Positions 1 to 7,378 of a DNA stretch of 64,000 bases are shown here, in pieces. The DNA lies in the IMG/VR virus record IMGVR_UViG_3300037483_001116, positions 64,001-128,000 of that record; one strand, given 5' to 3'. The position numbers were made by a program, and so were the translations under genes. The number at the start of each line of letters is the position of its first letter. Within the stretch, counting starts at the first letter, position 1. The notes beneath the pieces are model-generated. The model was not told the origin of the DNA. It saw nothing but the letters and a program-made list of their open reading frames with translations, and did not search any database. The DNA comes from a virus.

Positions 1-161
1 CAATTACACCAACTCCCATTGGTGGGTTGGATCCGAAGACGGGGACCCCTCCGAACCCAACCCCTTACCATCCTGCAACCGGGCCCCCTGATAATTGGGC
101 CCGGGTTCAGGTTCCTGGTTCGGGGGGCCCACAAATTCGCGGTCGGCGGGCCCCCCGAAGT

Positions 162-611
162 TCAGCGCTGCAAGGTATTCCACGTCGGTGCGTAGGTCTT
201 TACCTTGAGGGTCATGCCGGCCTCGTTGGGCAGCCGGTCGCCTTTGCGCTGGTTGCACGGGTCGCAACACGCGACGGTGTTGACCCAGGTGTTTTTTCCG
301 TTCCGGGATACGGGCCGGATGTGGTCGACGGTGTTGCCGGCCGCGGCGCCGCAGTAGCCGCATTTGCGGCTGTCCCGGCGGAGCACACCTTGCCGGGACC
401 AGGTAGGTCCGGCGGTGTACCGCCATTTGGTGACGATGAAGTGAATGAGCCTGACGGACAGGGGCCGTTCGTAGGGGCCTATGCGTATTTCAGGTTCCGA
501 TTCGTGCACTTCCGCAACTCCGCGGAAGAGCATCCGGATGGCGTGCCTGAGGCTGACTCGATGCAATGGATCGAGGTCGGCGTTCAGGACCAAAACTGCT
601 GCTCCCTGCAT
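162..611 (-). CDS. HNH endonuclease (McrA-like, actinobacterial type)
   Basis: VLVLNAD N-terminus; RRD..CGYC...NTVDHIRPVSRNGKNTWVNTVACCDPCNQRKGD; AGGAGG RBS upstream. Confidence 0.92.
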   Translation of the reverse strand: MQGAAVLVLNADLDPLHRVSLRHAIRMLFRGVAEVHESEPEIRIGPYERPLSVRLIHFIVTKWRYTAGPTWSRQGVLRRDSRKCGYCGAAAGNTVDHIRPVSRNGKNTWVNTVACCDPCNQRKGDRLPNEAGMTLKVKTYAPTWNTLQR

Positions 612-654
612 CGAGTCACCTCCTTTGCGTGCAGAGGGTTCAATCTAGGTCACG

Positions 655-725
655 AGCGGCTACGGGGGCTCGAACCCCGGTGTCCGGCATGGCGAGCCGG
701 CGCACTACCACTGTGCTATAGCCGC
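655..725 (-). tRNA. tRNA-Gly(GCC)
   Basis: Cloverleaf GCGGCTA..TAGCCGC; anticodon arm CCGGC-TCGCCAT-GCCGG; T-loop TTCGAGC; U73; no CCA. Confidence 0.9.
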
Positions 726-843
726 ATGTGAGGGGTGGGTTCTAGCGTCAGACTTCAACTCTCATGGAGAGGCTGCTTCCAAGGCTTCAGCGACCTAAAG
801 CCCTACTTTCAATGCCAGGTCATTCTCCTGGACCAGAACCACG

Positions 844-916
844 AGCGACCTGCGGGGCTCGAACCCGCGACCTTTTCCTTGGGAAAGAAACGCGCTACCA
901 GCTGCGCCACGATCGC
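844..916 (-). tRNA. tRNA-Gly(CCC)
   Basis: Anticodon arm TTTCT-TTCCCAA-GGAAA; T arm GCGGG-TTCGAGC-CCCGC; U73. Confidence 0.85.
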
Positions 917-918
917 AC

Positions 919-1233
919 TTACTGTCCAGAATCTTTGCCGGTTGTACCTGGGTGCCATCGGGCCAGGGCCTCTGCTGCGAGTCGGCTTTGAGGTTGAAGT
1001 TGCTGACCTGGCGCCTTTGGCATTTGTCGACATTCAGCTGTTTCAGCTTTTGCTTGCTCCTTCTTCTCGGCCTGCCAGGTGGCTTCCAGCTGCCGGTTAC
1101 GGTCCCGCTTCTCCCTTACCTCGACCTTTTGAGCTTTCAGGATTGATCGGCGCCTCCTTCTGGAAGCATCCTGGAGCAGCACCTGCATCCGGAGGTGCTC
1201 GTACTCCTCCAGAGGAGTGTCTTGTCCAGTCAC
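919..1233 (-). CDS. hypothetical protein (charged, helical)
   Basis: ORF fills the gap between two tRNAs; GTG start 1 nt after the tRNA-Thr discriminator. Confidence 0.55.
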   Translation of the reverse strand: MTGQDTPLEEYEHLRMQVLLQDASRRRRRSILKAQKVEVREKRDRNRQLEATWQAEKKEQAKAETAECRQMPKAPGQQLQPQSRLAAEALARWHPGTTGKDSGQ

Positions 1234-1234
1234 G

Positions 1235-1307
1235 AGCCCCAGGTCAGATTCGAACTGACAACCTTCTCCTTACCATGGAGACGCTCCACCGAGTGAGCTT
1301 CAGGGGC
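1235..1307 (-). tRNA. tRNA-Thr(GGT)
   Basis: Anticodon arm TCTCC-ATGGTAA-GGAGA; T arm GTCAG-TTCGAAT-CTGAC. Confidence 0.88.
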
Positions 1308-1340
1308 AAAAACCTGACCCACGAGGAGCCAGGTGGATAT

Positions 1341-1742
1341 TCATTTTGACGGCCGTTTCGGCCGGACTATGGGCCCAATTCCCTGCCAGCAGGGGTCAGG
1401 GCTGAGGGTGACGGCGATGATTTCCAGGGACGTGAACCAGGGAAATGGTTGGTCGTCCAAGGTGTAGTCGGGGCCGAGATCCATCGCTGGATACAGGTAT
1501 CCGGAGAATGCTCCGATTCGTTCGTGGATCTGGATTTGGGCCCAGATGGCAGTGTCGTCCAGGTCCCAGACCCGGCCCACCTTCCCTACCACTTCAGCCG
1601 AGGTGACGGCCCCAGGCATGGTCAGGAGCGGGGCGCCGCCTTTGTGGAGCCGGATGGTGGCGTCTTTGGTGATGCCACGTCCGTCAACGGTGGGAATGTT
1701 TCGAAAGGCGATGGGGCCTGCCCACCAGAAGCTGTTGTTCAC
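1341..1742 (-). CDS. stand-alone paralog of the prohead protease domain, predicted inactive
   Basis: Aligns by eye with 14706..15902: PTVDGR/PTGDGR, VVGKVGRVWD/VVGKVNRIYD, PAMDL/PSVDL, IAVTLSPDP/IGVTLVPMP. Confidence 0.8.
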   Translation of the reverse strand: MNNSFWWAGPIAFRNIPTVDGRGITKDATIRLHKGGAPLLTMPGAVTSAEVVGKVGRVWDLDDTAIWAQIQIHERIGAFSGYLYPAMDLGPDYTLDDQPFPWFTSLEIIAVTLSPDPCWQGIGPIVRPKRPSK

Positions 1743-1743
1743 G

Positions 1744-1818
1744 TGCCGACCCCGGGACTCGAACCCGGACTGTCTCCCTTTTGAAGAGAGCGCCTGCTAC
1801 CAATTGGGCTAGGCCGGC
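1744..1818 (-). tRNA. tRNA-Leu(CAA), short variable arm
   Basis: Anticodon arm CTCTC-TTCAAAA-GGGAG; T arm CCGGG-TTCGAGT-CCCGG; A73. Confidence 0.85.
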
Positions 1819-1828
1819 ATCTTGTCTA

Positions 1829-2101
1829 CTACCAGTACTCTTTCCCCGGCTCGTAGTCTTCCCACACGATCTGTGGCTCGGCGTGGACGACGGTCCGCAG
1901 CTCGACCAGTTCCTTGTGGGCGTCGATGCAGTCGTCACAGATCCAGACCACCATGACGGGGGCGCTGTGGGTTGGGTCCCAGATGCGGCTGCCGTAGTTG
2001 CCGCCGGCCGTAAACCGGAGGCCGTGGCTGGGAGTTTTCTCGCCGAGGTCGTGTTCGCCGAAGACCAGCTCCAGCTTCTTGGCGCATTTGAAACAGTTCA
2101 C
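1829..2101 (-). CDS. small zinc-binding protein (CxxC...CxxC)
   Basis: MNCFKC ... WICDDC; lies between two tRNAs. Confidence 0.75.
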   Translation of the reverse strand: MNCFKCAKKLELVFGEHDLGEKTPSHGLRFTAGGNYGSRIWDPTHSAPVMVVWICDDCIDAHKELVELRTVVHAEPQIVWEDYEPGKEYW

Positions 2102-2102
2102 G

Positions 2103-2177
2103 TTGGGCCGACGGGCCTCGAACCCGCTTCTCTCTCGTTATCAGCGAGGGGTTTTCACCGGATTAAACTACCGCCCA
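2103..2177 (-). tRNA. tRNA-Ile(GAT)
   Basis: Anticodon loop CTGATAA closed by CTCG/CGAG; T arm GCGGG-TTCGAGG-CCCGT; one acceptor mismatch. Confidence 0.8.
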
Positions 2178-2187
2178 CGTTTTTGCG

Positions 2188-2258
2188 CTCGGGTACCTAG
2201 ATTCGAACTAGGACTACTGCATCCAAAGTACAGTGGGCTTCCATTACCCCATACCCGA
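2188..2258 (-). tRNA. tRNA-Gln(TTG)
   Basis: TCGGGTA..TACCCGA acceptor (U1-A72); anticodon arm CTGTA-CTTTGGA-TGCAG; G73. Confidence 0.9.
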
Positions 2259-2265
2259 TCGTACG

Positions 2266-2338
2266 AGCGGCCTGCGGGCACCGACCCCGCTGCTTCAGTT
2301 TGGAAGACTGACGTGTCCGCCGAGTTCACCAAGGCCGC
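2266..2338 (-). tRNA. tRNA-Gly(TCC), atypical T-loop
   Basis: Anticodon arm TCAGT-CTTCCAA-ACTGA; perfect acceptor stem; T-loop GTCGGTG. Confidence 0.78.
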
Positions 2339-2341
2339 ATG

Positions 2342-2406
2342 TTTCCCCTGCGGAGCTGAACCGCTCTGCCTGCATACAGGTGTGCTGCCGTTACACTAAC
2401 GGGGAA
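2342..2406 (-). ncRNA. tRNA-like RNA lacking an anticodon loop
   Basis: TTCCCC/GGGGAA acceptor; D arm GTGT-AACGGCA-GCAC; short arm CCTG-TATG-CAGG; T arm GCGG-TTCAGCT-CCGC. Confidence 0.65.
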
Positions 2407-2540
2407 TTGGCCTGGGCGGCGAGGCATTGCTGCCCGACGCCTTGCATGTCCCCACCCTATGGGCGCGGCCCAGGCTACGAAACTGACGTTGGCCCCTGAG
2501 TCAGTCAATCAGGGATGACGGGCACTAAGCGCCCATGCCG

Positions 2541-2613
2541 TACCCCACGCGGACTCGAACCGCGACTCCGAGCTTCTGATGACACGGTGTGTTGCCATTT
2601 ACACCAAAGGGGC
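2541..2613 (-). ncRNA. tRNA-like RNA with a 20-nt irregular anticodon arm (anticodon undetermined)
   Basis: Normal acceptor, D and T arms (CGCGG-TTCGAGT-CCGCG); anticodon arm CCGTGTCATCAGAAGCTCGG. Confidence 0.7.
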
Positions 2614-2699
2614 TTGAGACTGGCGTCGGCTCCCTGGGCCAGTCAACCGGGGTGGTGTAGCCGCGAATCCCGGGGAAGAATCCGGGGGCAGCATTGCCG

Positions 2700-2771
2700 T
2701 AGAGCGTAGGAGAATCGAACTCCTCTTCTTCTCGCTGAGAACGAGACGGGACACCACTACCCCAACGCTCC
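2700..2771 (-). tRNA. tRNA-Glu(CTC)
   Basis: Anticodon arm TCTCG-TTCTCAG-CGAGA; T arm AGGAG-TTCGATT-CTCCT. Confidence 0.85.
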
Positions 2772-2807
2772 ATTGGCCCTGGGAGGCGGTATCTCCCAGG
2801 GAGCTTG

Positions 2808-3830
2808 CTACTTGATGAGGTACAGGTACCGGGTGCCAGCGATCAACTTCCGGTTGATCGACGTCGACTGGACGAAGATGTCGAAGTCGGCGTTGTGGTT
2901 GGGGCTGACCCGTACGTTCATGTCGGGCAGGCCAATCATCTGCCGCGCGTCCCGGCCGCTGTACACCTTGTGGTCTTTCTTGCCGACCACGATGATGTCC
3001 TTCGACGCCTGGATCTCTTCGCGCTTCATCAGCTGGTAGAACCCGCGGCCGACCTGATAGGTGTGGCCACACTGCTTGGTGAACTCGTCGATGCGGCCGT
3101 CGGTAGGCACCGGCACCAGGATGTAGCTGCCTCGGGCCAGCGGCGCGAGGCCAGCCTGGGCGATGGTCTGGACGTTGACGGCGTCAGCCCCGGTGGAGAA
3201 CAGGCTGCGGGTTGACCGGACGCCGGTGGCTCGGGCCTGCATGTAGCTGTCGGTGGCGGCCCTGACCCTGTCGCCAGCCTCCGAGACACCCTTGGCGGAA
3301 TTCGCGTCCCAGATTTCGATGTTGCCGGCCGGGAAGCCGAACTTCTTCGCCTCGTGCACGCCGCGGGCGTTGGGCACCAAGGCGGCCAAGGTCCAGTGGT
3401 CTTTGAGGTCCTTGAGGGCCTGCTGCAACGTGTAGGCGGTATTGCGGCTGCGGTTTTCTTCGCCGTCGGTCAGGACGTAGACCAAGAACGAATGGTCCCC
3501 ATACCGTTCTGGTGTTTCGCCCAGGTCCCGGATGCTCTGCAAGGTGGCGTCGATGAACGCGGTGTTGCCGTTGGGGCGGTAGTACTGGGCGATGCTCGGC
3601 AGCCGGAGCACGTCCTTGTCCCACACGACGCAGTGAATGTTGGTGGGGTCGGCGAACGTCCAGACCGAGATGCGGGTTTCTTGGTCCAGTTCGCGGGACC
3701 GGCGGGCTAAGTGCTCGATCTGGCTGTCGGCGACTTTGACCAGGTCGTGCTTGTACGGGTCCATGGAGGTGGAGGCGTCTAACACGAGGCCGATGTGGTT
3801 GATGATGTTCGCGGCGGCTGCGGCGGGCAT
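2808..3830 (-). CDS. von Willebrand factor A (vWA) domain protein
   Basis: MIDAS motif LVLDASTSM; GNTAFIDA; VLTDGEENRS. Confidence 0.9.
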   Translation of the reverse strand: MPAAAAANIINHIGLVLDASTSMDPYKHDLVKVADSQIEHLARRSRELDQETRISVWTFADPTNIHCVVWDKDVLRLPSIAQYYRPNGNTAFIDATLQSIRDLGETPERYGDHSFLVYVLTDGEENRSRNTAYTLQQALKDLKDHWTLAALVPNARGVHEAKKFGFPAGNIEIWDANSAKGVSEAGDRVRAATDSYMQARATGVRSTRSLFSTGADAVNVQTIAQAGLAPLARGSYILVPVPTDGRIDEFTKQCGHTYQVGRGFYQLMKREEIQASKDIIVVGKKDHKVYSGRDARQMIGLPDMNVRVSPNHNADFDIFVQSTSINRKLIAGTRYLYLIK

Positions 3831-3974
3831 GCGTGGCTCTCTTCCAGGCGGAGGTACGGTGTGCCCCGTATCTTCCGGCTGGGGTATGACATTTTTGGCT
3901 AGGGAGGAACCGTGTACCCGGTCTTCCTGTCTCCCGCGAGACGCAGACCGTACGGCCGGTCTCTGTCCCTAACG

Positions 3975-4046
3975 TGCTCCCGGGCGGAATCGAACCGCCG
4001 TATCTCGGGCTTCAACCGAGTGCTACACCATCTCAGCTACAGGAGC
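3975..4046 (-). tRNA. tRNA-Phe(GAA)
   Basis: Anticodon arm CTCGG-TTGAAGC-CCGAG; T arm GGCGG-TTCGATT-CCGCC. Confidence 0.9.
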
Positions 4047-4157
4047 GCAGGATTCCTTTTCCCCCGACGCCGTGGCGCCGTGTGTGGTGGTACTGGGGAA
4101 TCCCTAGGACCGTCACCGTTGAGTCTGCCCGCACGGTCCCTGACACGAGCAGCGGAG

Positions 4158-4358
4158 CTATAGAGATTCCGGTTGCCGTACATCACCTTTGGCGAAGCTC
4201 AAAGTGACCACGGCCGACTTCGCCACGTTGGGGTGGTCGTAGAATTCGATGTACCTGGACTTGTGGCTCTTGAATTTGGCGACGAAACGGGTGCCGTTCC
4301 GCATCCAGACGATGACGCGTTTGCCTTGCTGTACGGACATGTGGCCGCTGCGTCTCAC
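4158..4358 (-). CDS. small beta-rich protein, possibly Sm/LSm(Hfq)-like
   Basis: GKRVIVWMRNGTRFVAKFKS resembles an Sm1 motif; GGAGG RBS upstream. Confidence 0.6.
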   Translation of the reverse strand: MRRSGHMSVQQGKRVIVWMRNGTRFVAKFKSHKSRYIEFYDHPNVAKSAVVTLSFAKGDVRQPESL

Positions 4359-4380
4359 TGGATTCCTCCAAGAGGATTTG

Positions 4381-4455
4381 GGCCCCGCCGAGGAATCAAA
4401 CCTCGGACCTCCAGCCCGATCGCGGGCTGGCGCTCTATCGATAAGCTATCGGGGC
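4381..4455 (-). ncRNA. tRNA-like RNA whose anticodon arm is an 8-bp stem with a tetraloop
   Basis: GCCCCG acceptor; D arm GCTT..GAGC; arm CCAGCCCG-CGAT-CGGGCTGG; T arm CGAGG-TTTGATT-CCTCG. Confidence 0.72.
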
Positions 4456-4568
4456 TTGTCGGCCCCGGCCCTTCACCGGCCAGTCCATGGCCGGCGGGTA
4501 CCGGGGCCTCTAAATGCTGCACCGTCCGGGGAAGGTGTTGGTGCAGCAGCTACGCGCGGGTCATGGCG

Positions 4569-6125
4569 TTACGCTACCGCGACCCGGTACACGTGGTGGC
4601 TGTACTCAGCTGCGAACGTGTCGGTGAATCGGCCACCGGTCACAGTCAAGGTCCGGTTCTCGCCGACGACCTCGACGCTTGTGCCGGTCACGCCGGCCGG
4701 CAGGGTGAACGTCTTGGCGCCAGCCGTTTCCTTAAGGCCGATGTCCGCGAAGATGTACGCCGAACCCTGGTAGACCTTCAGCATCGTGTCTGTACCGTTG
4801 TCGAAGTCATACCGGTAGGACTGGGTGTTGATGACCGGCGCCAGACCGCGCACCGTGGCGTTGAGGGCGGTGAGACTGGTTTCCATCGCACGCTCGCACG
4901 CAGATCCCTCGTCGCATGCCGGGTCGTTGTTGTGCATGAAGTACGAGATACCGCGCGCCTCGTGGATGATCATTGACCAGACGGCGCCCTCGATTTGGTC
5001 GGGCGTGATCGTCCGGGCACCAGCGTCGCCGAGTAGCGGCCGTGCCGTTTCGACAAATCCCCACGCCGGCTTGAGGGTGTTCGGCGCCATGAACGAGCGC
5101 ATTTGGTCGACCTGCCAGCCGTACGCCGCCGCGGTTGCCGGGTCCGCTCCGGCCGGCCAGTCCGGGGAGTGGAGCAATAGGTCGTCGACGTCGGGGCTGG
5201 TGTACGAGTACTTGTCGGCGCTGACCGAGTCCATCAGGGCAACGTGGTCGTCCATTGTGGTCGGTGCCCACCAGGTACGCGTGATGCCGTTGCCGAAGTT
5301 GGCGTGCTTGAACCGGCCGTCGTTGTATGCCGTTACTTTGTCCACGTAGGACTGCTGCACGGCCAGGCGGCCGTACTCGCCGTTGTCGTTGTTCCAGTCG
5401 GGGGTGCAGTCGCTGTAGCCCATCTCGCACTCATCGGAGATGAACCACGACACCACGCGCGGGTCGTTGCCCACCTCCGCCGGGGTCCATTCTTCTTGCT
5501 GGGCCATGACGAACATGCCCTGATTGGTCACGGTCGACATCGGCCAGATCGCGACGTTGTGCTCCATGGCCTGATACGTGTTGATGCCCAGGCTCTTGTA
5601 CCGGGCCGCGTCCTGCATCTTGCCGAGGAACACGCTGATCGGGAAGAAGTTGGGATCGGTCCAGCCGACCGACTGAGCTTTCGGGAAGTTGGTCCAGTAT
5701 GTCGATCCGCCCTCCCATGGGATGCGCGGCAGAGTGAGCACACCGCCCGATGGGGTCACGGTCGGCGTTGGCGTCGGAGTGGGCGTACCTGTCGACGGGC
5801 TTGGCGTCGGCGACACCGACGGACTTGGGCTGGCGGATGGGCTCGGGCTGGCGGACCCAGTTGGGTCCGGCGTCAGGCCGGCGCCGAAGATGGCGATGCA
5901 GTCGGTCAGCCAGTTCCGGGCTCGGGCCGACAATCCGGCCGTGCCCTGCGCCTTGCGGTCCACGCACCATTGGCCGAGCTGGTCGGGGGCCAGTGCCGGT
6001 ACCGACAGGTCCACCGGTGCGGCGGCAAGCTGACGTGGCGTGCCCCAAGATGACAGAAGAGTCCCTGCCACAAGAGCGACGGCGATGAGGGCCGACGTGA
6101 AAGCAATGCGTTTACTGCGTATCAT
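4569..6125 (-). CDS. secreted glycoside-hydrolase-like protein (signal peptide, Pro/Ser/Thr linker, TIM-barrel-like domain, beta-rich C-terminus)
   Basis: Start at MIRSKRIAF after an AAAAGGA RBS; hydrophobic leader; SPSPTP linker; LGINTY, WFISDECEM, WGFVET, IHEARGISYF. Confidence 0.7.
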   Translation of the reverse strand: MIRSKRIAFTSALIAVALVAGTLLSSWGTPRQLAAAPVDLSVPALAPDQLGQWCVDRKAQGTAGLSARARNWLTDCIAIFGAGLTPDPTGSASPSPSASPSPSVSPTPSPSTGTPTPTPTPTVTPSGGVLTLPRIPWEGGSTYWTNFPKAQSVGWTDPNFFPISVFLGKMQDAARYKSLGINTYQAMEHNVAIWPMSTVTNQGMFVMAQQEEWTPAEVGNDPRVVSWFISDECEMGYSDCTPDWNNDNGEYGRLAVQQSYVDKVTAYNDGRFKHANFGNGITRTWWAPTTMDDHVALMDSVSADKYSYTSPDVDDLLLHSPDWPAGADPATAAAYGWQVDQMRSFMAPNTLKPAWGFVETARPLLGDAGARTITPDQIEGAVWSMIIHEARGISYFMHNNDPACDEGSACERAMETSLTALNATVRGLAPVINTQSYRYDFDNGTDTMLKVYQGSAYIFADIGLKETAGAKTFTLPAGVTGTSVEVVGENRTLTVTGGRFTDTFAAEYSHHVYRVAVA

Positions 6126-6290
6126 CTGCGATCCTTTTCGGTGACCCCGTGTGGCCATTCGAGAAGATCCCGAATAGTTTGCACGGGCCAGCTTGTTGCT
6201 GGCCGTACGCGATTTGGAAGTTCGATGAGCTATGGAACGTGGAGCCGGTGCGGGCGGAGGTACTCGCTCCGGAGTTTCCCAACACCGACG

Positions 6291-6363
6291 TGGAGATGAG
6301 GAGATTCGAACTCCTTGCCTCTGCGTTGCGAACACAGCGCTCTACCAAGTGAGCTACACCCCC
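6291..6363 (-). tRNA. tRNA-Ala(CGC)
   Basis: G3:U70 pair; anticodon arm CTGTG-TTCGCAA-CGCAG. Confidence 0.93.
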
Positions 6364-6558
6364 AAGGGCCAGGTTGCGGAGAGGGATCGCACCTTCCGAT
6401 GGCCCTGAGGACCATTCCCCACTAAGGGAACCTAGAACACGACCTGGCCGAAAGAAAACGATCGCGCATCGATCCTCCCGAACCCCGCTGCAAACGGTAC
6501 TGGGTCAACCCCTGGAGGGGCAGCCTTTGCAGGACTGCCCCCTACGGGAGGATCAACG

Positions 6559-6633
6559 TGGAGGTAAACGGATTCGAACCGATGACTCCCACACTGCCAG
6601 TGTGGTGCTCTGACCGGACTGAGCTATACCCCC
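6559..6633 (-). tRNA. tRNA-Ala(GGC)
   Basis: G3:U70 pair; anticodon arm CCACA-CTGGCAG-TGTGG. Confidence 0.93.
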
Positions 6634-6852
6634 AAAGTTTTGACCCGCCTTTCTGGCCCTCAGGACGGGTCCACCGAGGCATCATCCAGCCGGCACAAAC
6701 GGCTGCTGCCATATCGGAAAGCTTGGTTGCGCTGGTCGTTGCTCCTTCGGCGACTTAATCCGACTCCCGGACCAACAAGGGACCACATGTCCGCCCCACG
6801 ATCCGGGCCGGGCTACCAGTCACGGCGCCCATATTTGCATCAACCAGCACAG

Positions 6853-6926
6853 TCGGGACGGAGCGATTTGAACGCTCGACCCCTCGCTCCCAAAGCGAGT
6901 GCCCTACCTGACTGGGCCACGTCCCG
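6853..6926 (-). tRNA. tRNA-Pro(TGG)
   Basis: CGGGACG acceptor; anticodon arm CTCGC-TTTGGGA-GCGAG. Confidence 0.93.
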
Positions 6927-7094
6927 AAGTTCCGGGCCCTTGGTCGATAAGACATCGGCTTTCGCCTAGACCATGCGCAACCAAGGGCCCGGAGCAATAT
7001 GAAGAAGTCCTGGCCCCAAACCCGAGAAGGTTCCTCGGACCGGCCTAGGCCCCTTGAGACAGGGGGGCCAGGACTTTTACACACATGCTGTCCA

Positions 7095-7114
7095 CTGTGA
7101 AGTTCTCAAGGAAC
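7095..7114 (-). promoter_or_regulatory. boxA-like antitermination element
   Basis: GTTCCTTGAGAACTTCACAG resembles the rrn-leader boxA; preceded by a hairpin at 7111-7134. Confidence 0.55.
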
Positions 7115-7139
7115 ACCCCGAAGCACTGGGGTTCTTGCG

Positions 7140-7212
7140 CAGGGGCGACAGGATTCGAACCTGCGACCTTCGGTTTTGGAGACCGACGCACCACCAGTTG
7201 TGCTACGCCCCT
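7140..7212 (-). tRNA. tRNA-Trp(CCA)
   Basis: AGGGGCG acceptor; anticodon arm TCGGT-CTCCAAA-ACCGA; G73. Confidence 0.95.
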
Positions 7213-7348
7213 ATGTATTCAGTTATGGAAGAGCCGCCCTTGTCCGAGATTCTAGTCCCGGGGGGCGGCTCCAGCTTCTTGAGCTTGAGCGGCCCTACAC
7301 CTTGGGCTCCCGGTAGAAGGAGGCTGGTCGGCTGGGGTTCAGCATGGC

Positions 7349-7378
7349 AGTATCGCCACACGGGAGCACCAGGTGCAA
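7349..7378 (-). promoter_or_regulatory. putative sigma70/HrdB-type promoter for the tRNA operon
   Basis: TTGCAC-N18-GATACT, about 135 nt upstream of tRNA-Trp. Confidence 0.45.

Noticed and set aside
36-160. GGGCCC-rich inverted repeats at the window start as an origin or terminus
   Set aside because: Hairpins are present, but context is cut by the window edge; cannot be told apart from a terminator region
1744-1818. Short-variable-arm tRNA-Leu as a novelty or recoding signal
   Set aside because: Short-arm Leu(CAA) tRNAs are, to my recollection, already known in Actinobacteria
2342-2540. tmRNA
   Set aside because: The tRNA-like part is self-contained, with a D stem and no G3:U70; no tag reading frame identified
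2541-2613. Selenocysteine/opal suppressor tRNA (TCA in the loop)
   Set aside because: The loop is not a canonical 7-mer, TCA is not preceded by U33 in register, and there is no long variable arm or extended acceptor
6126-6335. N-terminal 70 aa of the 588-aa ORF
   Set aside because: Overlaps tRNA-Ala; the RBS and signal peptide indicate the start at 6125
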